Origin: Solirubrobacteraceae bacterium
GTDB taxonomy: Bacteria; Actinomycetota; Thermoleophilia; Solirubrobacterales; Solirubrobacteraceae
DNA: 42,804 nt
NCBI GenBank assembly: GCA_036788555.1
Contig: DAIQND010000001.1
Span: 1-42,804 of the forward strand
Direction: 5' to 3'
In this document: positions 9,622 through 18,090 of the stretch, piece by piece
Position numbering within the stretch: position 1 is the first letter of the stretch
Layout of the letters: the number at the start of each line of letters is the position of its first letter
Translations under genes and position numbers: made by a program
The notes under the pieces: model-generated
Told to the model about the DNA's origin: nothing
Seen by the model: the letters and a program-made list of their open reading frames with translations, nothing else
Database searches by the model: none

Positions 9622-9809
9622 TTCTCACCTCACCTAGCTGGAGGGGCTGACGACAATCGGGAGGGTTACCTACCAATCGGTCACTCAGACGGGCCCGGTC
9701 AGAGACCTAACGGGTGAGCCGAGCTTGTACTAGCGCTTACTGGGGGTGGCCGGGGGGCGTGAGCTGCGGGTAAGCCCTCTGGCGAATCCCAAGGCACGAG
9801 GAGTGACAT

Positions 9810-11672
9810 ATGGCCCGCAGCCGGACTGCATCTGACCAGTTAGTCGAGCGCTTGGTGGAATGGGGGATCGACACCGTCTTTGGCCTTCCCGGAGACGGGA
9901 TCAACGGGGTGATGGAGGCGTTGCGCACCCACCAGGACCAGATCCGGTTCATCCACGTGCGCCACGAGGAGACGGCCGCGCTCGCCGCCTGCGCCTACGG
10001 GAAGTTCACCGGCCGTCCGGCGGCGTGCCTGGCCACCGCCGCTCCGGGCGCAATCCACCTGATGAACGGGCTCTACGACGCGCGCATCGACCAGGCTCCG
10101 GTGATCGCCATCACCGGCATGACCTACCACGACGTGATCGGCACCCACTACCTGCAGGACATCAACCACGATGCCGTGCACCGCGACCCGTGCGTGTACA
10201 GCCAGCGGATCATGGGCGAGGCTCACGTCCTGCCGGTCGTCGACATGGCGGTCCGCTCGGCGATCTCCGGCCGCGCGCCGGCGGCGATCGCGATCCCGAT
10301 CGACATCCAGTCCGGCGAGGCGGTATCAGGGGATCGCTCGATCAAGAACGTCGAGGGCCACGCAACCGTGACCTCGATCGACGGCCGGCGGATCCCGCCG
10401 CGGGAGCGCCTGGAGCAGTCGGCGGAGATCCTCAACGCCGCCTCGAGGCCGATGATCTTCCTCGGCGCCGGCGCCCGGGGCGCCGGCGAGGAGGTGGAGC
10501 AGGTGGCCGAGAGGCTGGGGGCGCCGATCGCCAAGGCGATGCTCGGCAAGGACGCGGTTCCCGACGACAGCCCGTACTGCGTCGGCGGCTACGCGATGGT
10601 CGGGACGCGCCCCGCCCAGAATGCGCTCAAGAGCTGCGACGCGATCCTGATCATCGGCAGCTCGAGCCCCTACATCGAGTTCCTCCCCGAGCCCGGCTCC
10701 GCCCGCGGCGTGCAGATCGACGACCGCCCCGAGCGGATCGGGCTGCGCTACCCGGCCGAGGTGGGGCTGGCCGGCGACGCCAAGCTCACCCTCCAGGAGC
10801 TGCTGCCGCGTCTCGAACATCACTCCGACCGCTCCTTCCTGGAGAAGGCGCAGGCGGAGATGCGCGACTGGCGAGCGCTCCAGGAGCAGCGCGCCAACGA
10901 CAGCGAGCCCGGCGGCCCGATCATTCCCGACGCCATCCCCTACCACCTGGGCCGGCACCTGCCCGAGCGCGCGATTCTCTGCGGCGACTCGGGGACGGTC
11001 ACCACCTGGGCGGCACGCACCGAGCTGCGCCGCGGCCAGATGTTCTCCTTCAGCGGCACGATGTGCTCGATGATGGCCGCGCTCCCGTACGCGATCGGGG
11101 CCCAGGTCGCCTACCCCGACCGTCCGGTGGTGGCGCTGACCGGTGACGGCTCGCTGACCATGATGATGGGCGAGCTGGCGACGCTCGCCCAGTACAACCT
11201 GCCGGTCAAGGTGCTGGTCATGCGCAACGACGTGCTGGGGCTGATCAAGTGGGAGCAGATGGCCTTCCTCGGCAACCCCCAGTACGGCGTGCAGCTCTCG
11301 CCGGTCGACTTCGCCAAGGTGGGAGAGGCGTGCGGGATTCGCGGCGTACGGATCGAGGATCCCGCGCGGGTCGGCGACCAGCTCGCGGAGGCGCTGAGTG
11401 CACCGGGTCCAGCGCTGATCGAGGCGATCGTCGACCCGAACATGATGCCGATGACCCCGACGATCAACATCGAGCACGCCAAGGGGATCGCCTGGGGCCT
11501 GGCCCGCGGCGAGCCCAACCGCGAGCGGATCGCGCTCACGATGTCGCGTGTGCTGGCCCGGGAGATGAGCTACGAGACCAGTCCGGCCGGCGTGCTGACC
11601 CGGGCCAAGGAGCGAATCGTCGGCGGCAACGGCCATTCGGGCGGCGACGGCCACCCGTCCGACGGCGACTGA
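9810..11672 (+). CDS. ThDP/FAD-dependent pyruvate oxidase/dehydrogenase (PoxB/CidC-like)
   Basis: FGLPGDGIN, RHEETAA, PGAIHLMNGLYDA, ThDP motif GDGSL...N, LGLIKWEQ; RBS GAGGAG. Confidence 0.88.
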   Translation: MARSRTASDQLVERLVEWGIDTVFGLPGDGINGVMEALRTHQDQIRFIHVRHEETAALAACAYGKFTGRPAACLATAAPGAIHLMNGLYDARIDQAPVIAITGMTYHDVIGTHYLQDINHDAVHRDPCVYSQRIMGEAHVLPVVDMAVRSAISGRAPAAIAIPIDIQSGEAVSGDRSIKNVEGHATVTSIDGRRIPPRERLEQSAEILNAASRPMIFLGAGARGAGEEVEQVAERLGAPIAKAMLGKDAVPDDSPYCVGGYAMVGTRPAQNALKSCDAILIIGSSSPYIEFLPEPGSARGVQIDDRPERIGLRYPAEVGLAGDAKLTLQELLPRLEHHSDRSFLEKAQAEMRDWRALQEQRANDSEPGGPIIPDAIPYHLGRHLPERAILCGDSGTVTTWAARTELRRGQMFSFSGTMCSMMAALPYAIGAQVAYPDRPVVALTGDGSLTMMMGELATLAQYNLPVKVLVMRNDVLGLIKWEQMAFLGNPQYGVQLSPVDFAKVGEACGIRGVRIEDPARVGDQLAEALSAPGPALIEAIVDPNMMPMTPTINIEHAKGIAWGLARGEPNRERIALTMSRVLAREMSYETSPAGVLTRAKERIVGGNGHSGGDGHPSDGD

Positions 11673-11684
11673 CGGGCGGCGGCA

Positions 11685-14600
11685 ATGGCAGTCCTGGAAC
11701 AGACGCGCCTCACGCGGCGCCCGGCCGGCGTCGAGGAGATCGACGGGCGCGCGCTGGCCCGCGAGCTCGCGCGCGAGGTCCGCGGCGAGGTCCGGTTCTC
11801 GGCCGGCAGCCGCGCGCTGTACGCCAATGACGCCTCGGTTCATCGGCAGGTCCCCATCGGCGTGGTGATCCCTCGCGACGCCGCCGACGTGGTCACGGCG
11901 GTGGAGATCTGCCGAGGCCGGAACGCCCCGCTCGGAGCCCGCGGTTGCGGGACCGGCCTGGCCGGACAGACGGTCAACGAGGTGGTGATGCTCGACTTCT
12001 CCAAGTACATGAACCAGATCGTCGAGCTCGACCACGAGCGCCGGTTTGCCCGGGTGCAGCCCGGAGTCGTGCTCGACCGCCTGCGCGAGCGCGCCGAGGA
12101 GCACCAGCTGACCTTCGGTCCCGACCCCGCCACCCACACCCGCTGCACGCTGGGGGGCATGATCGGCAACAACTCGTGCGGCACCCACTCGATCATCGCC
12201 GGCGTCACCGCCGACAACATCGAGTCGCTCGACGTGCTCCTGTACGACGGCACCCGCCTCACCCTTCCCTGCGCGGTGTCCGAGGAGGAGCTCGAGCGCA
12301 CGATCGCCGCCGGCGGGCGCGTGGGCGAGATCTACTCCCGGCTGCGTGACCTGCGCGACCGCTACTCGGAGCTGATCCGCGAGCGCTACCCCCGGATCCC
12401 GCGCCGGATCTCCGGCTATAACCTCGACCGCCTGCTACCCGAGGGCGGCTTCAACCTGGCGGCGGCGCTGGTCGGGACCGAGGGCACCTGCGGGCTCGTG
12501 CTCGAGGCCCAGTGCAAGCTGATTCCCAGCCCCCAGCACCGCTCGCTGGTGCTCGCCGGATACGAGGACTGCCCCGCGGCAGCCGACCAGGTGCCGGCGG
12601 TGATGGAGTTCGGCCCGATCGGCCTGGAGACGTTCGACCGCCAGCTCCTCAACAACGAGCTGCGCAAGGGCTTCAAGCGCCATCCGGAGCTGCTGCCCGG
12701 CGGCGGCGGGTGGCTGCTGGTGGAGTTCGGCGCCGACAGCGCCGAGGAGGCGGCCGAGCAGGCCGAGCGCTTCGCCGACGCGGTGCGGGCGGGCAAGGTG
12801 GGCAGCCATCTCGGCTTGAAGGTCTACGAGGACCCCGACCAGATCGCCCAGGTCTGGGAGATCCGGGAGGGGGGCGTGGGCAACAGCAAGGTCCCCGGCG
12901 AGCATCCGGGCTGGCCCTCCTGGGAGGACGCCGCCGTCGCCCCCGAGGATTGTGGCAACTACCTGCGCGACCTCGAGCGGCTGTGCGACAAGCACGGTCG
13001 CAGGATCTCCTGCTATTTCGGCCATATCGGCCACGGCTGCGTGCACACCCGGATCGACTGGGACTTCCTCACGGCCGAGGGCCTTCGCAACTATCGCGCG
13101 TTCATGGAGGACGCCGGGGATCTGATCGCGAGCTACCACGGATCGCTCTCCGGCGAGCACGGCGACGGCCAGGCGCGCGCCGAGTTGCTGCCGAAGATGT
13201 TCGGTGGTCCTGAGCTGATCCAGGCCTTCCGCGAATTCAAGGCGATCTGGGACCCGGACTGGAAGATGAACCCGGGCAAGGTCGTCGACCCGTTTCCGCT
13301 CGACACCAACCTGCAGATGGATCCGACCTACCGGACCCGCCAGCTCAGCACCGAGTTTCGCTTCCCCGGCGACAACGGGAGCTTCGCCGCCGCCGCCGAG
13401 CGCTGCTTCGGGGTGGGCGCGTGCCGCAGCCAGGAGGGCGTCATGTGCCCGAGCTATCAGGTCACGCTCGAGGAGCAGCATTCCACCCGGGGGAGGGCTC
13501 GGCTGCTGTTCGAGATGATGCGCTCGGACTCGATCGAGGATGGGTGGCGCAACGAGGAGGTCAAGGAGGCGCTGGATCTGTGCCTGGCGTGCAAGGGCTG
13601 CCTGCACGAGTGCCCCGTCCGGGTCGACATGGCCAGCTACAAGGCCGAGTTCCTCTCGCACTACTACCGCGGGCGGGTGAGGCCACGCCAGGCCTACGCG
13701 CTCGGCCTGATCCGCTGGGAGGCGCGCCTGGCGTCGCGTGCGCCGGCCCTGGCGAACCTGCTCACGCAGCGCCAGCCGTTTGCCGCGCTCGGAAAGCGCC
13801 TGGCGGGAATCGCTCCCCAACGGACGATGCCGGCGTTTGCGCCGCGCACGTTCAGGTCCTGGTTCGGCCAGCGGGCCGCTGGCGCGGCCGGCGGCAACGG
13901 CTCGCAACCACGTCGGGTCGTGCTGTGGGCGGATACGTTCAACGACCACTTCCATCCCGAGGTGGCGATCGCGGGCCTCGAGGTGCTGGAGGCGGCGGGG
14001 TTTGAGGTGGTCGTACCCGAGCGGCCGATGTGCTGCGGGCGCCCGCTCTACGACTACGGGATGCTCACGCTCGCGCGTCGCCTGCTTCACGACGTGCTTG
14101 ACGGGCTGCGCGCGGAGATTCAGTCCGGGACGCCGGTGGTCACCCTCGAGCCGAGCTGCGGCGCGGTGTTCCGCAACGAGCTACTCAACATGCTCCCCGA
14201 CGATGAGGACGCCAAGCGGCTGGCCCGGCAGACGTTCACCCTGGGCGAGTTCCTGGCGCAGCACGGCGGCGAATGGGAGATGCCCCAGCTGGACCGCAGC
14301 GCGGTGGTGCACTTCCACTGCCATCAGCGCGCGACCAGTGACACCGACTGCGATCGGCGGGTGCTCGACCGGCTGGGGCTCGATTACGAGGTCCTTGACG
14401 ACGGATGCTGCGGGATGGCCGGGTCGTTTGGCTATGAGGCGGGCGAGCGCTACGAGGTGTCGGTCAAAGCGGCCGAGCAGAAGCTGCTGCCGGCGGTGCG
14501 CGAGGCCTCGCCGCACACGCTGATCATCACCGATGGCTTCAGCTGCGCCTCGCAGATCGAGCAGCTGTCGGATCGCGGCGCGCTCCACCTGGCGCAGGTG

Positions 14601-14780
14601 ATCCAGATGGCCCTGCGCGACGGGCCGAACGGACCGAGTGCAGCCCTTCCGGAGAAGCGCTACTCGGCGCCGCCGCACGCCAACGGCAATGGGCGTGAGG
14701 CCAAAGCCGCGATCGCCGCGTTGGCCGCCGCGGGTCTCAGCGGCGCGGCGCTGCTGGCGCGGCGGCGATCGGCGGCTTGA
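11685..14780 (+). CDS. FAD-binding and Fe-S-binding oxidoreductase (YdiJ-like 2-hydroxyacid dehydrogenase family)
   Basis: RG.GT.LAGQ, GGMIGNNSCG, SGEHGDG, CFGVGAC, CLACKGC..ECP, CCG motifs, GFSC. Confidence 0.9.
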   Translation: MAVLEQTRLTRRPAGVEEIDGRALARELAREVRGEVRFSAGSRALYANDASVHRQVPIGVVIPRDAADVVTAVEICRGRNAPLGARGCGTGLAGQTVNEVVMLDFSKYMNQIVELDHERRFARVQPGVVLDRLRERAEEHQLTFGPDPATHTRCTLGGMIGNNSCGTHSIIAGVTADNIESLDVLLYDGTRLTLPCAVSEEELERTIAAGGRVGEIYSRLRDLRDRYSELIRERYPRIPRRISGYNLDRLLPEGGFNLAAALVGTEGTCGLVLEAQCKLIPSPQHRSLVLAGYEDCPAAADQVPAVMEFGPIGLETFDRQLLNNELRKGFKRHPELLPGGGGWLLVEFGADSAEEAAEQAERFADAVRAGKVGSHLGLKVYEDPDQIAQVWEIREGGVGNSKVPGEHPGWPSWEDAAVAPEDCGNYLRDLERLCDKHGRRISCYFGHIGHGCVHTRIDWDFLTAEGLRNYRAFMEDAGDLIASYHGSLSGEHGDGQARAELLPKMFGGPELIQAFREFKAIWDPDWKMNPGKVVDPFPLDTNLQMDPTYRTRQLSTEFRFPGDNGSFAAAAERCFGVGACRSQEGVMCPSYQVTLEEQHSTRGRARLLFEMMRSDSIEDGWRNEEVKEALDLCLACKGCLHECPVRVDMASYKAEFLSHYYRGRVRPRQAYALGLIRWEARLASRAPALANLLTQRQPFAALGKRLAGIAPQRTMPAFAPRTFRSWFGQRAAGAAGGNGSQPRRVVLWADTFNDHFHPEVAIAGLEVLEAAGFEVVVPERPMCCGRPLYDYGMLTLARRLLHDVLDGLRAEIQSGTPVVTLEPSCGAVFRNELLNMLPDDEDAKRLARQTFTLGEFLAQHGGEWEMPQLDRSAVVHFHCHQRATSDTDCDRRVLDRLGLDYEVLDDGCCGMAGSFGYEAGERYEVSVKAAEQKLLPAVREASPHTLIITDGFSCASQIEQLSDRGALHLAQVIQMALRDGPNGPSAALPEKRYSAPPHANGNGREAKAAIAALAAAGLSGAALLARRRSAA

Positions 14781-14797
14781 TCGCGCCGGCCAAGCGA

Positions 14798-14837
14798 CGG
14801 ACCCTCACGCCCCGTCCCGACGGCGGACCCTCACGCC
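14798..14837. repeat. 14-bp perfect direct repeat CGGACCCTCACGCC, 26-bp period
   Basis: Copies at 14798-14811 and 14824-14837; the second contains the VOC stop codon. Confidence 0.85.
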
Positions 14838-15217
14838 GCGGCCCCGCGATGGGTCATCGCCTGCAGCGCCCAGCCGTTACCGTCGGGATCCTTGAAGAAC
14901 ACGAAGCTTCCCCACGGGAAGACCTGGACGTCACTGACGTCCACCCCCCGCTCAGCGAGCTCCGCGCGGCTCGCCTCGGCATCCTCGACGACCATCTGCA
15001 GGCCATCCAGCGAGCCGGGGGTCATCTGGTGCGCGCCTGAGGTGAGCGCGATCGAGCAGGCGGATCCAGGCGGGGTGAGCTGGACGAACCGGAGCGCGTC
15101 TGAGACCCGGTGGTCGACATCGTCGCGGAAGCCCACCTTCTCGACGTAGAACACCTTCGCCCGGTCGATGTCCGATACCGGCACCTGAATCAGCTCGAGC
15201 CGCATTTCGCTTCCCAT
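14831..15217 (-). CDS. VOC/glyoxalase family protein
   Basis: VPVSDIDRAK.FY...GF, VQLTPPGSACSI, F.DPDGNGW; RBS AAAGGAGG. Confidence 0.9.
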   Translation of the reverse strand: MGSEMRLELIQVPVSDIDRAKVFYVEKVGFRDDVDHRVSDALRFVQLTPPGSACSIALTSGAHQMTPGSLDGLQMVVEDAEASRAELAERGVDVSDVQVFPWGSFVFFKDPDGNGWALQAMTHRGAAA

Positions 15218-15256
15218 CTCGGACCTCCTTTCGGCAGGTGGCTAACCTGTCATCCG

Positions 15257-15285
15257 TATAGTATCTAAATATTTTAGTACCTAAA
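15257..15285. promoter_or_regulatory. Putative tandem MarR operator overlapping divergent promoters
   Basis: AT-rich TATAG-tat-CTAAA (15257-15269) and TTTAG-tac-CTAAA (15273-15285); TATAGT -10-like hexamer at 15257-15262. Confidence 0.65.
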
Positions 15286-15292
15286 CGATCAT

Positions 15293-15766
15293 TTGTCCAC
15301 ACGGAAATCGAAGAGCGATCTCCTCGCCGAGCTGATCCGCGAGTTCAGGGCAACCGGCAACCAGGACCAGGCGTTTGACACCCTGGCGGCCGAACGTCTG
15401 GGGGTCAGCGAAACCGACCTGCACTGCCTGAACATCGTCGAGAACGCCCGCGGGCTCAGCGCCGGGGATCTGGCCAGACAGTCAGGACTCACGCCCGGCG
15501 CCATCACCGGGGTGATCGATCGGCTGGAGAGAGCCGGGTATGCCCGGCGCGTCCGCGACCCCGACGATCGCCGGCGCGTGACAGTCGAGGTCACGCCGGC
15601 TTTCTACGCGGCCGCCGAGCGCATCTGGGGCCCGGTGGCGGCGGACTGGCACGCCACGCTCGCCAAGCAGTTCTCGATCCAGGAGCTCGAGCGGATCATC
15701 GACTTCCTCCGCGCGACGCTCGAGGTCGGCCGCCGGCACACCGACCGGCTCCGTGAGATGGGGTGA
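15293..15766 (+). CDS. MarR family transcriptional regulator
   Basis: TDLHCL, LA..SGLTPGAITGVIDRLERAGY..R..DPDDRR. Confidence 0.93.
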   Translation: MSTRKSKSDLLAELIREFRATGNQDQAFDTLAAERLGVSETDLHCLNIVENARGLSAGDLARQSGLTPGAITGVIDRLERAGYARRVRDPDDRRRVTVEVTPAFYAAAERIWGPVAADWHATLAKQFSIQELERIIDFLRATLEVGRRHTDRLREMG

Positions 15767-15776
15767 GCTCGCGCTG

Positions 15777-16610
15777 CTAGGCCCCCACCGGGTGCCAGGC
15801 CGTCTTGAGCTCGCTCACCGCGTCGAGGCGCAGGAGTGAATCGGCCACGGCGTCCCCGTAGCTCGTCGCCGCCGAGGCGTGGCGCACCCGCTTGATCGTC
15901 TCGGCGGCCAGGCGGTCGAGCTCGGCTGAGAGCTCGGCTTCGCCGGCGGCGTCGACGATCGCGTTCAGGTCACGATGGGCGCCGAGCGCGCCGGCCAATT
16001 CGCCGCGGCGCCCGCACAGCAGGTTGACCACGCCGCCCGGAATATCCGAGACGCCCAGCACCTCGCCGAGATCGAGCCCCGGGAGCGGGTCGGCCTCCGA
16101 CAGGATCGCCACCGCCACGTTCCCCGCCGCGAGCACCGGCGCCAGCTCGGCGACCAGGCCCAGAAGCGCCGGCCGGTCCGGTGCCACCACCCCCACCACG
16201 CCCGTCGGCTCGGGCACCGAGAAGGACAGAAACGGCGCGGCCACCGGGTTGATCCCGCCGAGCACGGGCTGGAGCTTGTCGGTCCAGCCCGCGTAGTGCA
16301 GCAGCACGTCGACCGATGCCGCGACCTCATCCGGGCCCGCCCCCAAGCGCTCCCCCCGCGTCTCCAGCGCCTCGGCCGCGCGGTAGAGGATCTGCCCGCG
16401 GTTGTAAGCGGTGCGGGCGGCCCAGGGCGCCGCGGCCTTCCGGGCGGCGCCCATCGCGTCCCGCACGTCCTTGCGAGACGCGCGCGGGATGTTAACCGTG
16501 CGCCCGTTCGGGGCGGTGGCGCGGTCATAGCGGCCGGCCTCCGAGCGCACGAACGCGCCGCCGATCCACAGCTTGTAGGTCTTGCGGACCTCGAGGCGGC
16601 CGGACGTCAC
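15777..16610 (-). CDS. Short aldehyde dehydrogenase-family protein (Rossmann-like part only, no catalytic domain)
   Basis: KTYKL.IGG.F.RSE.GR, HYAGW.DK, EP.GVVG, PGGVVN; lacks ELGGK and the catalytic Cys segment. Confidence 0.85.
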   Translation of the reverse strand: MTSGRLEVRKTYKLWIGGAFVRSEAGRYDRATAPNGRTVNIPRASRKDVRDAMGAARKAAAPWAARTAYNRGQILYRAAEALETRGERLGAGPDEVAASVDVLLHYAGWTDKLQPVLGGINPVAAPFLSFSVPEPTGVVGVVAPDRPALLGLVAELAPVLAAGNVAVAILSEADPLPGLDLGEVLGVSDIPGGVVNLLCGRRGELAGALGAHRDLNAIVDAAGEAELSAELDRLAAETIKRVRHASAATSYGDAVADSLLRLDAVSELKTAWHPVGA

Positions 16611-16645
16611 CGCACGACCCTCGCGCGACTCACCGCACCACCCTC
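16607..16645 (-). repeat. 16-bp direct repeat (1 mismatch, 23-bp period) creating mini-ORF MSRARVVR at 16607-16633
   Basis: Minus strand reads GAGGGTGGTGCGGTGA gtcgcgc GAGGGTCGTGCGGTGA. Confidence 0.85.
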
Positions 16646-18090
16646 AGATATGGCCTCAGCCCGGCCGGACCCCCCTCGCGCCCGAAGCCGGACTCCTTGT
16701 AGCCGCCGAAGGCCGCGGTCGGGTCGAAGTGGTTATACGTGTTCTGCCACACCACGCCGGCCCGGAGCGCACTCGCCACCTCGAACGCCTTGGCGCCCTT
16801 GTCGGTCCAGATCCCGGCCGCCAGCCCGTAGCGCGAGTTGTTGGCCTTCTCGATCGCCTCAGCCTGCGTGCGGAATGTGAGCACCGAGACGACCGGCCCG
16901 AAGATCTCCTCGACGGCGATCCGGTGCGCCGGCGAGACGTCGGTGAACAGCGTCGGGGCAAACCAGAAGCCGCGGTCGGGGAGCTCGCAGGCGATCGTCC
17001 GTCGCAGCGCCCCCTCGTCCTCGCCGGCGGCGACCAGCGACTCGATCCGCTGGAGCTGCTCGGCGGAGTTGATCGCGCCCACGTCGGTGTTCTTATCCAG
17101 CGGATCGCCGACCCGCAGCCGGCCCATCCGCCGCCAGAGCCGGGCCACCACCTCCTCGCGCACGCTCTCCTGGATCAGCAGCCGCGACCCGGCGCAGCAC
17201 ACATGTCCCTGGTTGAAGAAGATCCCGTTGACGATCCCCTCGACGGCCTGGTCGAGCGCGGCGTCCTCGAAGACGATGTTGGCCGACTTGCCGCCGAGCT
17301 CGAGCGTCAGCCCCACCTGGCGCCCGGCCAGCGCGGCCTGGATCTCCCGGCCGACCGCGGTGGAGCCGGTGAAGGCGATCTTGTCGATCCCGCGCGTGCG
17401 CACCAGCGCGGCGCCGGCGCTCCCATCGCCCGGAAGGATCGACACCACGCCCGCCGGGAGCTCGGCCTCCTGGCAGATCTCGGCCAGCAGCAGCGCGGTC
17501 AGCGGCGTGGTCTCGGCGGGCTTGAGGATCGCGGCGTTACCGCAGGCCAGCGCCGGCGCGAGCTTCCAGGCCGCCATCAGCAACGGGAAGTTCCAGGGCA
17601 CGATCTGACCCACGACGCCGTAGGGCTCGACCTCGCGCGCGTTCACGCCATAGCGGAGCTTGTCCGCCCAGCCCGCGTAGTGGAAGAAGTGCGCTGCGGC
17701 CAGCGGGATGTCGAGGTCGCGTGACTCGCGCAGCGGCTTGCCGCCGTCGAGCGTCTCGGCCACCGCCAGCTCCCGCGCGCGCTCCTGGATCAGCCGCGCG
17801 ATCCGGAACAGGTACTTGCCGCGCTCCAAGCCGGGCAGCGCCGCCCATGCCGGCTGGGCTGCCCGCGCGCGCTGGACCGCGCGCTCGACGTCCGCCGGCC
17901 CGGCCCATGCCACCTCGGCGATCTGCTCCTCGGTGGCCGGGTTGATCGTGGCCACGTAGCGCGCCTGCGCCGGCTCGCGGAACTCGCCGTCGAGGAACAG
18001 CCCGTAGCGCTCGCGCAGCCGCAGGTGATCGGCGGACTCGGGCGCCGGGGCGTAGTCCCAGACGATGCTGGTGCGGGTTTCGGTGGTCAT
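16630..18090 (-). CDS. Aldehyde dehydrogenase (DeoC-associated, probably acetaldehyde-oxidising)
   Basis: PWNFP, KPAE.TP, FTGST, LELGGK, catalytic GHVCCAGSR, EEIFGP, FGGYKESGFGREG. Confidence 0.95.
   Translation of the reverse strand: MTTETRTSIVWDYAPAPESADHLRLRERYGLFLDGEFREPAQARYVATINPATEEQIAEVAWAGPADVERAVQRARAAQPAWAALPGLERGKYLFRIARLIQERARELAVAETLDGGKPLRESRDLDIPLAAAHFFHYAGWADKLRYGVNAREVEPYGVVGQIVPWNFPLLMAAWKLAPALACGNAAILKPAETTPLTALLLAEICQEAELPAGVVSILPGDGSAGAALVRTRGIDKIAFTGSTAVGREIQAALAGRQVGLTLELGGKSANIVFEDAALDQAVEGIVNGIFFNQGHVCCAGSRLLIQESVREEVVARLWRRMGRLRVGDPLDKNTDVGAINSAEQLQRIESLVAAGEDEGALRRTIACELPDRGFWFAPTLFTDVSPAHRIAVEEIFGPVVSVLTFRTQAEAIEKANNSRYGLAAGIWTDKGAKAFEVASALRAGVVWQNTYNHFDPTAAFGGYKESGFGREGGPAGLRPYLRVVR

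Noticed and set aside
15777..16610. Short ALDH as a pseudogene
   Set aside because: Intact frame, normal codon bias, translational coupling and a clean loss of just the catalytic domain argue for a functional non-catalytic subunit
14798..16645. Short direct repeats as CRISPR remnants or att sites
   Set aside because: Only two copies each with 7-12 nt between them; no cas or integrase genes
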